A stretch of 64,000 nt of DNA, from the NCBI RefSeq assembly GCF_009914755.1, contig NC_060935.1. One strand, given 5' to 3'. This document shows, piece after piece, positions 25,506-38,290 of the stretch (within the stretch, counting starts at the first letter, position 1; each line of letters opens with the position of its first letter). Origin of the DNA: the human T2T-CHM13v2.0 reference genome, Homo sapiens. The position numbers were made by a program, and so were the translations under genes. The notes beneath the pieces were generated by a model. The model made no database searches. It had not been told where the DNA came from and saw nothing but the letters and a program-made list of their open reading frames with translations.

Positions 25506-27869
25506 CATGTAACCAGCATGTGGGGCAAATGTGATGTGTGCATTGCGGACAAAGCCCGTGGAGTTTTCCTGCCATGGGGGTAAATGCGTTAGCAACCCAT
25601 GGCCTTTCTGTTCATTCATAGAAAATCCCATGGTCATGATAATTTGCAAAGATAGTTTCACATGACAAATTAGAATATCCCTTCCACAATACAAACCAAA
25701 GCTCCAAACTGGAATTCTGGTCAGAACCCTGAAGCAGGAGAGTGAAAACAGCCGGCCTCCTCCACCCTCACCTTCCTGCTCCACCCCCAGGGAGCTACAC
25801 AGAAGACAAAGATGCTTATTTAGATGCTGCCTTCTTGAGCTGGTTTCCTGTTCTGCTAAAAGCTGGGCCTTTCTTTTTTGGGGCACATTTAGGGTCCCTT
25901 TTTAGAACCCAAAATGCACCTATGTGCACACTCTCTCCAATGAGACATTTGAATTCCTTGCCCCAATGGTGGGGGCTGCAGGCCAATCCCAGCCTGGAAC
26001 CATCCCTTGGTGCTACCACTGAACCATCAGCCATGCTCTTCTCTCTCCCTCTAGATTCTCAGGGCAGGAGTCAGGCCCCAGGCCACAGCATCCCTAACTG
26101 CAGGGATATCCACTGCAGGCTCCCCAGTGACCCCACTGAAGTTCTCACCCACCCACTAGGTTTGATTGGGTGAGCAAAGGATGTGCTCATAGCAGTGTTC
26201 TCCAATGATAACCTCCTCTCAAAAACTTCTCTCTCTACACGTTCACCTGTTTTTCTATCCTCCGTCTGATACAGCAGGAAAAGTCGTGAAACTGACTCTT
26301 TGATATTCCTTGAAATTCTGCATTTTGCATATTTGTCCTGTGCTTGCTTACTTTGGTAACCACTAACTGTGGTATTGGTGCCTCAGCTTAAGCCAACTTA
26401 GGAGTGGCCACTCTGTCATGCTGAATTACCTTCATAGTGGCAGGTGGCTGTCAGGTGAGATGAGCTTGGTATTGAGACCTGGCTATGCGTCCTTAAGCAA
26501 GTGTTTTAACCTCTCTTAAAAACAGGACTAGTCACAGAAACTAAGTCTAAGATTGTGAGGATTAAATGTGGCAAACACATATAAAGGACTTAGTGTGTGG
26601 CACATAGGAAGTGCTCAGTGGTACCCATTATCCAGCCTCAGTTCCACTAAAACTCCAGCCATCTTAGCTGCCCTCTTTAAAACCTCATTCACTGAGGGGC
26701 ACCAGCTGGAGAGGGGTTGCATCACCACTCCATGGGGGAACACTCCTCTAGCTCAGTCAGCTCCTGACTAGGAGCTGTCAGAAGCCACCAAGGAAAGGTC
26801 CCATTGAGAACTGAGCACAAAAGCGGGGTCACAAGAGCTAACTGAATTAAGCAAGTTATCAGGCAGTAGAAAATGCAGTTAGATTTGCATCCATGAAGCA
26901 GATGGTCTGCACAAAATGATTAAATTAGTTTTATTAAGTTTGGAGGAATTAATTTGTCACTTTATTTTTTCTTTTATTTATTAAAAAAAGAAGAGATGTG
27001 AGTTTGTTATCTCTGGCAAAAGAGATTTATAGCAAGTTTATCTGCTAGTGGAAAACAAGAGTTATGGTAGGACCTTAAAAAACAATTGTCTTTTTATTGT
27101 CTATTAATAGTTGGTACAATTATGTAGAATGTGGCCCAGAGAATAGAAATGCTGCCACCTATTGCTGGTAAAACCTGGCTTATGTTTCCAATCATATGGG
27201 GGATATTTTTTTCCCCTTAGAAATAAATCTTCACTTCATGGGTTATTGAGTATTTAATTCATTTTGGAGACATTTTTTTGCTACTGGTGTTCTTAGGATC
27301 TGATGTTTTCTAGTTTATTGATTATTAATTACAATGTCTTACATCAAGTAAACTTGAGGGAACCTCTGGCATTTTTGAGTCCTTCTTTTAATGGTGAGGA
27401 AGAACCAAATGCAGAATCTTTATCTAAAAACAAATGGGAGCTTTTGAGTTAGAGCTCAGGGTTGTTAACTGGAGATTCCCAATACTTATTGTTTGGGCAC
27501 AAATAGTTCTTTCATGGCCCTTTTGAATGGATCAAAGCAAAACCTGGAGTTTTGAATGGCTTCTTTTTTGTTAAGTCCTTTTATCCTGAACAGTTACTAA
27601 TGAGTATTCTAGGAAATTCATGCATGCAGGAAGAATTTCTTGTGCATAATAACTAGGGTATAAACTTTATATTCACATACCCATGTATGTTGTTTGTGTG
27701 TTTACACACACATGAGAGTTTCTGAAATTTTCTGATCTCAAATCAAACATCAGGCTAGCATTCTGCCCTTGAAATGGCTAAATCCACATGTTATCCATGG
27801 AGGATTAAGAATTGGGTTTTCAAACCTGGTTGCACACCATAGTCAACTATGGAGCTTTGTAATTGTTCT

Positions 27870-29150
27870 TTTTTAAAAAATAAACTTTAAGACTAGATTT
27901 AATTTTACAGAAAATTTGATAGTACAGAAAGTTGCCATATACCCCACCCATTATTAACAACTAATATTCACATATTAGTTAGTGAACCCATGAACCCACA
28001 CTGAAATATTATCAACTAAAGTCCATACTCTATTCTGATTTCCTTAGTTTTTACCTAATGACCTTTATCTGTTTCAGGATCCCATCCAGGATACTACATT
28101 TCATTTAGCTCTCATGCATCCTTAGACTTCTCTGGGCTTGACAGCTTCTCAGACTTGCCTTGTTTTTGATGCTTCTAATGGTTTTGAAAAGTTATAGTTA
28201 GATATTTTGTAGAATGGACATCATCGCTATTGCCCCCCCAATTGGGATTTGTCTGATGCTTTTCCCCTAATTAGACTGAAGTTGTAGGTTTTGGAGAGGA
28301 AGAACACAGAGGTAAAGTGACATTTTTCATCCCATCCTATCAGGGTCATGCTATCAACATGACTTGCTAATGTTTATGTTAACCTCGATCACCTGGCTGA
28401 GATAGTGTTTGGCCGGTATCTTCACTGTAAAGTTACTCTTTCCCTTTTTTCCATGTTTTACTCTTTGTGCAGCCCACACTTAACCTTGAGAGCAGAACAT
28501 CTACATACTTTATTTGAAATTCTATTTACATGGAAGATTTTTCTCTTCTATTTATTTAGTCAATCATTTCTTTGTGGCAGTATCAATTATTTCACACTTT
28601 GAGTTATAATCCAATACTACCTTATTTTGTTGCTCAAATTATTTTGAGCTTGGTCAGCTTTGGCCATTGGGAGCTCTTTCAGTTGGCTCCTGTGTCACTT
28701 TGACATAGTCCATCATTGTGTTTTGGAGTGGGGATATATGCCTACATTTTGGCACTATACTGTGCTCCAGGCTTATTTTAAATTCTTCCTGCCCCAGTCC
28801 AAGAATCATTTCTCCAAGGATCCCTGGTTCTTTTGGTTGGAGAATGCTATTGAAACCAAGATCAGGGGCTAGATCTGCTTGTTGCTACTGGGCTGTTGTT
28901 ATTTTTAGAACTTTTCAGCTGAAAGAACAAGGATATGTACACGTATCTACGAATATCCTATCTAGATTCCTTTACGCTGACATGCTATATAGATCAGTAT
29001 GTAATTTATACTGATAAACTATACTATAGTTTATAAACTGAAAGCAGTTTTTAGTTTCTATAGAGTCTTCAATTCTAATCCATTACCACATGGCTCATCC
29101 TAGCCTTCCATCTTTGTTCATCTGTAAGCTTTCACTCCAACAGTGAGAAC
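27870..29150 (-). mobile_element. L1MC/L1MD-type 3' UTR fragment, splitting an older MER5-like element (27813-27865 and 29152-29270)
   Basis: caggatcccatccaggatactacatt...gggatttgtctgatg...aacctcgatcacctggctgagatagtgtttg...gaaaccaagatc. The flanks read as two halves of a MER5. Confidence 0.75.
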
Positions 29151-30407
29151 ATCCTGTGAAGCTTGTTAATAAACACACCTGGGCCTGGGCCTTATGGCCT
29201 GAGGTTGAGGTAGATGCCCACCTGGGATTTTGGCATCTGTATTTTAATAAGCTCTACACAGATTGAACTCTCCCAATATAGGCTGTCACAATGCCATATA
29301 TTTCTCCTTTGTACCTTTTGTCACCGTTTCCCTTTGGCATCTTTTTATAATATCTTTATTTGACATCCTTATTTGATTAATATCTGTCAACTCCCTCAAG
29401 ACAATAGGCTCTGTGTCAGTTTTGCTCATCATTCTGTCCTCAGAAAGGGTGCATTGTAGGTATTTATTAAATATTTGTTGAATGAATGGGTGGAATGACA
29501 CACAGCAACACTGAGGAGGAAGAGAAAAATGTGTGTGATTTATCGAACTCTTCCTACATGCTAAACGGCTGTCTAGTTGCTTTCTAAATATTATCCAGTT
29601 CAGGGATTTGAATCAGGTCCGGCTGACATCAGAATCCACACCCTTTCTGTTGTGGAGTTCCTGCTGGTAGGAAGCCTCTTGTCTTCTGCTTTGCATGTCA
29701 TGGGCTCTCCTACTGGACTGGATGGAGCTGTGTGGGTGGCCAAGGAGGAGGTCAGAGGGGGAGAAATGGCAGCACCCATTTAGAGTGTCACCCAGGCCTC
29801 ATTAGGAAATTGACTCCCATTTGGTTTGGGAAGGGGGGTGTTTTTTCCTGCCTTTTCATGCTCACAATGAAGGTGACATTGATTTACAAGTCAGTGGGTT
29901 GGAGCAGGGAAGGGAGGCTTCTATGGGTGGAAAAGATCAATTAAATGATTATCCCAGCTGCCACACACTAATGCCTTTCTTACTGAGTTTCAAAATCAGG
30001 AAGCAGAAGGTTACCACATTTAGCCTTTTACAGGAAATCTAATTGCCAACCTTGTGGTGCCAAGGTTTATTAGATTGGGAAGAGTTGCTCTTAGTGGCTG
30101 GCAGTTTCTGGCATGACAGAAAGCTTTCCACTGGCCACCTGGAATTGTAAATGACTGCCTCCTCTTCCTTTTTGCGTGCTTTTGCTAAAGTTTTATGCAG
30201 ATAGCCTTTTGTGATTTTTATCTTTTTGTGATTTTTATCTGGATTCTAGGGGGATGGTACTTAAGCTTGGTAAGCAGTCAAAAAAAATATTTATTCAATT
30301 CCTACTATGTGCTATGCCCTGGTCTAGTGGCTGAGAACTGCAGTGGTGAGCAAAACAGATACGCGTTGTCTTTAGAATCCTTTGCCTGGAATGGTCTTCC
30401 TATGGCT

Positions 30408-30702
30408 TAGTGGTTCCCAGACTGTAGTATGCATGAGGACCACCAGAATGCTTGTTCAAACCCAGTCTGCTGATTATTTTTTCCATCGCCTTTCCATGGT
30501 CCTGTCCACATTGAAAAAAGGCAATCTCAAGAGCAGACCAGAATTCAGTCCAGCAAGCAACTCTTGCACAAATTGCACGGCTAAGCTGCCACCCCCCACA
30601 ATTTCTGATTCAACAGGCCTGGAGTGGGGCCTGATAATCTGCATTTATGATGAGTTCCCAGGCCATGCTAATGCTGCTGGTCTGGGAGAACCACCCCCTG
30701 AG
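30408..30702. mobile_element. MER5A interrupted by a ~120-bp non-repeat insert
   Basis: tagtggttcccagact...cttgttcaaacccagtctgctg [insert] accccccacaatttctgattcaacaggcctggagtggggcc...gttcccaggccatgctaatgctgctggtctggg. Confidence 0.8.
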
Positions 30703-31355
30703 CCTTTGCATGGTTGCTCTCTTCTTATCAGTTGGGTCTCTAATCAAATATTACCTGCTTAGAGAGGCCATTCTTGATTTCCCAACCACATTATCCCTCC
30801 ACTCCTGGCCATTCACTCTCTAATGCATCTTCATAGCATTTATTATTCTCTAATATTAGTTTGCTTATTTTTTATTACCATTTTGTCTCTCTCTCCTACC
30901 TCTCATCCTCAGTAGAATAAAGCCTCATGAGAGCACTTCCTTAGACACTGTTGAATCCTCTAAGATTATCAGAGTACCAGAGTATGTGCTCAATAAATAC
31001 CTGAATGAATTAAATAATTACAAGAGTAATGAGTCATATGAAGGAAAGACCTAAGATGCCTTGGTAGTGTAACAGGTAGACCTAAGGTGGAGCAAAGATA
31101 TTGCATTTCATCCTACTTGGAGCAGTTTCTAGATGTGGCCTTAACACCTGATTTAAACACTGCATACCAGAGTTTTGTCTTCAAGGTTACAGGCTGTGGG
31201 ATTTGTCTGCGATCATAGCAGGCCACTCTGGATTTGCTTAGTTTTTCCATCGCCTTTCTATAGTCCTGTCCACAATGAAAAAAGGCAATCTTAAGAGGAG
31301 ACCAGAATTCAGTCCAGCAAGCAACTCTTGCACAAATTGCATCATGAAGTTGCCA
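30471..31355 (+). repeat. Dispersed direct repeat: 30471-30591 and 31235-31355 (offset 764 bp)
   Basis: The 100-bp cores 30478-30577 and 31242-31341 differ at 5 positions with no gaps. Confidence 0.95.
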
Positions 31356-33072
31356 GGCCCCTATCTCTGAGCTTGGCAGGAGGCAAGGCCTGAAATTTAC
31401 TTCTTCTAATAACCTTCCACCTGAAGCCTATACTCATTCCCTTGTTGGAATCTGGAATCCGGCACCCATGCCAATGTCTCGGTAGCCTTTTCATAACCTC
31501 TACAAAGTTGAATGAAGGCTCAAACTCTTCTTTGCAGGAGTGAGACCTTTCGATGAAACATGTAGATTCCTCTCCTGCACTGGCCTTTTAGAGAAATGTA
31601 AGGGCAGGCACTGTTGTTTTTTCTTTTCAACGGAGTCAAGCAAAAGATGAGGCACATGGAGGCACCATGCGACTAAAAGCTCTGAGGATGATTGTCAAAA
31701 CCCCACTGGAGGAGTTGGAAAGCATGTAAGGTTTTGCTCTTGTGTGGCCTCAGCAGCCACTGCCTGGTTCAAGTGAAGTTTGCACAGTCCCTTGGCCTAG
31801 AGCTTCATGCCCAGCTTTTGCCAAGCGTGGGCCAAGTGGGGGAATGATTCCCCAGGTTTGTTTGCCTGGGGCAGCCAAAGAAACGGTGATTTATTTCCCC
31901 TGAGTGTGTCATGAAAATGTAAGCACTGAGAGTTGGATTATTTTGGAGGGTGAGAATTTGATGGGGGAGATGGAGATGGAAGAATTGCAGCAGTTTGGAG
32001 TCAGGGCTGGGGGCCAGAGGGCCGCCCAGTGGGTTGGGGTAACATAAGCTGCCGCTATTCAGGAGGTGGCCTGTGTAAGAAAATCTGACCACAGCGGGTG
32101 CGTGACTTCAGCTAAAATTAACCTTGGAGGCTTCACACGCTTCCACAGTGCTTTGAACTAGACACTCCCAGAGAGGGCATGGGACGTTGACTGCTGAGGA
32201 CTGCGCTGCTGCTGTGGGTTGAGCCATGCCTGTAAGCATCAACTTATGGGTTCCCGCTCGGGGTCAAAGTCGGGATTCCTGTGACCATTATAAAGTGGTA
32301 AGCAACCTCCAGGGATGTTGGCAGGGTCTCTGGGGAGAGACAATGAAGTTTATTTGAATTGGACTTGTGTTTAGAGATGGTTTCAATTTATTTTCTATGC
32401 AGAGCAGAGACCACGAGCCCTCCAAGCAGGACTTTCATCTGTGGAAAGCTAGAAGAGCTAACTGCCACCTTTGTGCTGCTTTTTTGTTTCATATGTCCGC
32501 CCAGGGTGAGGGCTGGGTGGTGTATTTTTAGAGCAGGTAGAGAAAGATCTGTCTGGACATTGTTGGTGGCCTGAGAAAATACAACTGCATAAACCAAAGG
32601 CCAAGCTGAGGAAGCTGAAATTGGGAAGGTCCTGGATGTCAACAGGTGTGGCAGGTTTCGCTTGTTTTCTTAATTGTGGGCCTCAGCAGGTGCAAAAGAG
32701 TTGGAGGAGATGCCAGGGAGTACTCCTGAGGGCTTCATTGAAGGAGGGACTTGCTTGGGGGAAACTGGAAGCAATTTCCTGTTCAGTGAGACCCAGGGAT
32801 GTCCTGGGAAGGGCCCACTGCTCTCTCCCTCCCCTGGCCAGGGTGACCTGAATGGTATCATTTAAGCTGGAAGGCATCTGTACCCATGGCTTTCCACTTG
32901 CTGCCGAGAATCCATTTGGGAGCATGCATTCACAGAGCAAAAAGGCAAGATGCATTTTTATTCCTTTATGCCTCCTTAACCTTCAGACAGTTACTGTAAC
33001 TCAGGGGCTAATGGCAGTCCTGGTGCCTGCAGCTGTGTGGCGCTCTGGTTTTACAATCAGAATGGCCACTTT

Positions 33073-33207
33073 TTTGTTTGTTTGTTTTGAGAGAGTGGAT
33101 CTCACTATGTTGCCCGGGCTGGTCTTGAACTCCTGAGCTTAAGCAATCCTCCTGCCTCAGCCTTCTGGAGCAGCTGGGACTCCAGACTTGAGCCACCATG
33201 CCCAGGT
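33073..33207 (-). mobile_element. FLAM (free left Alu monomer) with TSD
   Basis: Antisense monomer; TSD agaatggccacttt (33059-33072) and agaatggtcacttt (33208-33221). Confidence 0.85.
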
Positions 33208-36200
33208 AGAATGGTCACTTTGATGTGGTCAGAGGCAATGGCTTTATGACAGAGAGAGAACCTTCTTAGCCTATTCTTCTTGTAAAAATGCTGTAGTTCA
33301 CCCTCCCCTCCTAAAACTTATCCTTCTCCCCCACCTATCTAACCCAACTTCCTAGGCAACATTAGCATTATTAGGTGGCTTGGCAGGTGCTTATTTTCTA
33401 GGAAAGAGTGTGCTTCTCTTATCTGCTTAATGCTTACTCTATACAGCTGACCTTGGAGTGATCTATTATAAAAACGTTTAAACCCGCAAAGCATTTGCTT
33501 TGGTGAGCAGATATTCTGTGTGGCCCTTTATGTACAAAGATAAGAACGATGTGGGTATGAAAGGTGTAGGGAAAAAAACCCCTGCATGAAGATACGTTTT
33601 CACACAGTTTTGAGGTCATTTTCCATGTGAGCCACTTTACTGAGTCCTCTGAGTATTTGATATCCTCTTGTTCCTTCATCCTCTGGGTGTGTGGCTCATT
33701 AAAGGTGGAAGGCTGCTGGGATATTGGACATGTGTGTCGTTTGCTCTAGATGTGTAGCACTACCCAGGCCAAGCACAATTAATGGGGATGTCCCTGAGTT
33801 CTCATTATTATTTTTAACTCCTGGGGTCTAGGCTCACTGCCCTGTGGAAGAGATTTCTTTTGAGATAGAATGTTAAAAATAGACATTTCAATAGGAGGCA
33901 GCTATTGTATGTGGTTCTGAAGTTGGATGAACACATCTTATATGCCTGCATGGGAATTCCCATCCCATGCTGGACCTGGGTGATTAGACATAGAATTCAA
34001 ATTCCCATCTTCATAGGAACACAAGGCTCCTTCCAGTTCCATCCTAGAACTTCCTCTTCATCGTGGTCATCTGAATGACCTGGCCTGATTTTTGTAACTG
34101 CCTTGTGGCATAAAGATGACTGGACTGAGTTGGAATACCTGGTCTGTTAGCTGGACAGATGCTAACCTTGTCCAGCTGGTATCTCACTGGCTTCATCCAT
34201 GCAATGGGGAGAATGCAAGCTGCCACCGCCCATGTTTCCCAGGATTGTGGTGAGGCTCAGATTGGATTGTATTTACGAAAGAACTTTATAAATGGTAAGC
34301 ACTGCAGACAGGAGGCAGAGACAGCACTGTTGTTAGGACTTTATTATTCTTCTTGAGATGAATCAATCAGGGCCTTCTTCCAGGACTTTGGAGAATAAAT
34401 AGTATCTTTGTGCAAATTGTTCTTTTGTGCTCTGGGCCAGGTTGTCCCCTGGGTAGAGGAGACACCCCTTCTTTCCTAGGTGCCAGCTTGGTGTTTGGTA
34501 GTCTTCGTAGTAAACGCCTAGTATAATAAAAATAATAAACATGAAAAACCCGAGATGCCCTCAGGCCTGAGAGCTCTGACATCTGGGCTGGAGAAGGGCC
34601 CGGGGCACAACGGTCATTTCCACTGTGGCCAAGTCTCTTGGCCATGGAGTTGCTGAGAAAGGAATGAGGCTCCCAAATGGGGAAGGAGCAGGCAAGCGCA
34701 TTCCTAGGGCCGGGCAGCGCCAGCCACTGCTGGGAATTGCCTGCCTTCCAGAGTTTTTTAAAGCCTTTGCTACACAACTTTCCCACAAGTGACACAACAG
34801 TCTTTGCCAGGTTCTGTGCCTCTCTGCCCAACGGGCTGGAGGGCCATGGCCATTTATGCGAATGTCAGATCTTCTCTAGTCCCTCTGTACCTTCCTTCAC
34901 CCCTCTGTCCGTTACCCCTCCCTGAGTACTTCTGCAAGTGTGCTCATAGGTGCTTCACATTTTTTCCTCATTCAATTCTTCATCTAAGTTGGTGCAGTAG
35001 ATGCTATTATGATCTCCACTTCACAGATGAAGAAGCTGCATTTGAAGAGTTTAAGTGACTTGCCTGGACTTGGATACATTAGCAGAAAATTCAGGGAAGT
35101 TTATGGCTATAGAATAACATCAACACAGAATATCCGCCCTCCTAAGCAAAAGCTTCCAGGGTTTAAACATTTTGCAATTGATCATTCTGAGGTCAGTGCT
35201 TTATGGTCCATTGTTTGTGGTTGGCATCATTATGTAAAAATATGTAAATATACCTATAATATCTATTATTTATAAACAAAATCTAATTTTCAGGCCCTTC
35301 CACCTCCCTCTTCAGGTGAAACCAGAGGAGGCTCCCACCACCTTTTTTTTTCCCCTCTGTGCCTTCGGTCACAGCCCCTTATGCAGAAAAAGGGACTCCA
35401 CCTGGAGCCCTCTCTGGATCTACTTCTCCCAGATAAATCAGTCGGCTGTGTAATCTTTCAGGAAACCTGACCCCTCAACTCCCAGGGGAAATCCTTAAAC
35501 TACCCACCACCCCACTGCTCAGGTTTCTTGGGTAAGAAACATCCTCAAATAATCACCATGAGTGCACACAGTTTGCCTTTGGTGTTGGGAATTTTAATAA
35601 GCAATGTACACCTTATATAGCCACTCACCTGCCCTGGTCTGAATGGCCCTAAGAAAACAAAAACAAAACAACAAAACAAAAATCCTTTACCATTAAAAAA
35701 AATCTCCCAGGCTTTCCAGAGTGATTATATAGCCTCACATCAGTCTCCTGGGGTTAAAGCATTGAGGATCCCATTGGAAATGTAAATGTTTTTTGGGAAC
35801 TGTGACTCACCTTTCTCTGCCAGAGCTGTGTGCCTGGGACCTAGTAAGCCCTGATGGAATGGAATGTGGGTCAGGTGAGTTTTGATCCCCAAGTCAGGCA
35901 GAGACAGTTAGGTCCAGTGTCTGGGAATGGGGGAACACCTGGAGCGGGGCTTTTGGGACGCCTCAGTGGGTGATGAGGTCCGAGTTGGGGGAGGGAGGGC
36001 CTGGGCAAATTGAGGATGGTCAGTGTTTGGGAGACCAGTGCCAAAACCAAAGACACTCATGTGAAAGGAGGGAGGGGGTGGCCAAGAGGGCCTTTGAGCC
36101 AGCAGTCCTTGAGCAGGTGCTCTGTAACAAGCACGCTGAGAGGTCCTGCAAAGGGAAAACTTGAGCTCATGCTCTACCCACTTGGCCCTGTAAATAAAGC

Positions 36201-36714
36201 CGGGTCACTCTCTTAATGGGGAGTAACTGAACCTTGGCTCCAGCTCACTTGCTCCTGTCCCTTCACCTACTAGGAAGCGGAACTTGGCACCTCTTGTCCT
36301 TTCTGAGAAGGATTCCACTTGCCCTAGAAAGCACCAGTAAGAATACAGATTGCACTGGAGATCTCCAAGGGGAGAGTTCGGATCGTATTCAGTCTCCCTA
36401 AAGGCCCCTCGATCTCATCTCCAAGCCTTCTTGCCCACCCAGATAGCCTCTTTGCACCCCACAGGCTTCCCAGCTCCAGATCTTACCTCTCTCCCTGAAT
36501 TCCCTTTTTTTCATGCAAAGCATTTTAGCACAGTCTACTGCCCCCTAAATTTGCATACTCTTACCCATCATTCTACAAAACAAAGAGATTTCCAGTTTGG
36601 GGGAGGGGTAGGGGTAAGGAGGGAAAATAATAACTCATGTTTTTTTCCTGTCCCACCTGTGTGTATTTAGTGATTTTTTTTTTTTTTTTTTTTTTTTTTA
36701 CTCCATCTCACCTG

Positions 36715-37116
36715 TCTATACTCAGTGACGTTTAACAGTTGGCTCTCCAAGGAGAAAAGCCTGATAGGTAGTACTTGCCAATTACCATGGTGTAAATCCT
36801 TCTACCAAGACTGATTTTAATTTACCCACTCTGAGCTGGGAAGAGATGTACAGTAGTGCATTATTATATAGTATTTCCCTCATACAGATATAATAGGTGT
36901 AAATAATCTCATGACCATAAACAATAGTAAAATACAGTAAAATAATTAGAAAGTGATGAGTTTTAAATATTTACTATCACTTTAAAAATATAATTTTAAG
37001 TTTATATAATTTAATTATTAAAATAGTGGCTGTAGTTAACAATCAGCTCCAAAATTTACTGAAAATGTTACAACCAACTCTCTTGAGCCAGTCCATGCCT
37101 GCCCTGGCATACCACT
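36715..37116. mobile_element. MER63B-like hAT-Blackjack fossil
   Basis: gtttaacagttggctctcc...ggtgtaaatcc...gggaagagatg...aatagtaaaatacagtaaaataattagaaagtgatgagtttt...ggcataccactg. Confidence 0.75.
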
Positions 37117-37319
37117 GTATGTGTGTTTGTATCTTTGAAAATAGCACTTTAGCATCCACCGTCGGGTGGGTCCTACTACCAAGCTACTGAAATTGTCTCA
37201 TGGCAGTGTTACTTACCAGTGCCTGCTGTGGGCCTTTTGCTATGACTGGTCTAACAGCTACATGAAATATGTTGGTTTTATGGACTTTATAATCTAGGCA
37301 GTGAAGGGGAACATACTTA

Positions 37320-37870
37320 TTCATCTGTCCCACCCATTAGTCCATCTGTCTATTTGTGCATCCCCCACCATTTAATCATTCATCTCTTTTTTTCCACCCA
37401 CTCATCCACGCTTCCATCCATCTGAACATTCACCAGTCTGTTTACCCAGATCTTCCTCCCTCCCTTCCTCCATCCATTTTTACTTTCTTCCATTCATCCA
37501 TCTACCCACCCACCAGTAAATCAATGAGTGCTTGTTTATCACGCTCCTGTAGTGAGTCAGGTGTTGTGCTTGTGTTTTAAATATGTATAAAACTTGTTCT
37601 CTACTCTATAGAAGCTCCTGATTGAGAGAGATGTGAGTAGTTACAACAGCCAGGATAAAGGCAGATGCAAAGTGCTTTCAGAGGTGAGAAGAAAAAACGA
37701 GTAATTCTGTTAGGAGTAGGCAAGCAGGTTGGGAATGGCTTTACGGGGACTGACATTTACTTTGCTTTTCAGATTTCAAGTGGGCATTTCCTAGGTGGTG
37801 GGGGAAGGGCACCCTAGGCAGAGAGGGCAGCGTGTGAAAAGGCACAGAGGCTGGGGAGCCTGTCCCACAG
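37320..37870 (+). mobile_element. Degenerate (CATC)n tract followed by an L2 relic
   Basis: catccatc-like low complexity to ~37510, then an L2-like segment (gcaaagtgct...gggcaccctaggcagagagggcagcgtgtgaaaaggcacagagg). Confidence 0.55.
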
Positions 37871-38129
37871 GGTTGTTTTAATTGCCTTCTCTGAACTCCC
37901 AGTTCACACAGAAGCCTGGCAGGCAGGGTTGGCTTCTAGGAGAAGGGGGAGTTCTGCTAAGTGGAGGGGACCAGGGAGGCACATGGGACCAGAGAACCTG
38001 CCCATAGGGACTGAGGGTTAGAGTAGCATGGAACTGTGGTGTGAGGGATGCCACCAGCTGATGCACTTGAAGGCATTTTTTAGGGACATGGAGATGACGG
38101 AAATAATGAAAGGAAACTAACAGTAAAGG

Positions 38130-38290
38130 CACCACCTATGTGCTAAGCACTTTACAAACACTGAGTCCCCACAATAGACACATTAGTCTTTACAACAGAT
38201 AATAGAGTATTATCCCATTTTACAAATGTGGAAACTGAGGCTTAGAGAGTGGTAGATTGCCCAAAGCCACAAAGCCTCAGTGTAGTCTGT
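38130..38290 (-). mobile_element. MIR SINE
   Basis: gtgctaagcactttaca...tattatcccattttacaaatgtggaaactgaggcttagagag. Confidence 0.72.

Noticed and set aside
25410-26173. Longest ORFs (158 aa and 143 aa; also 154 aa at 34367 and 144 aa at 573 and 20390)
   Set aside because: No recognisable domain, no supporting splice or promoter context, and lengths expected by chance in 64 kb when alternative starts are allowed.
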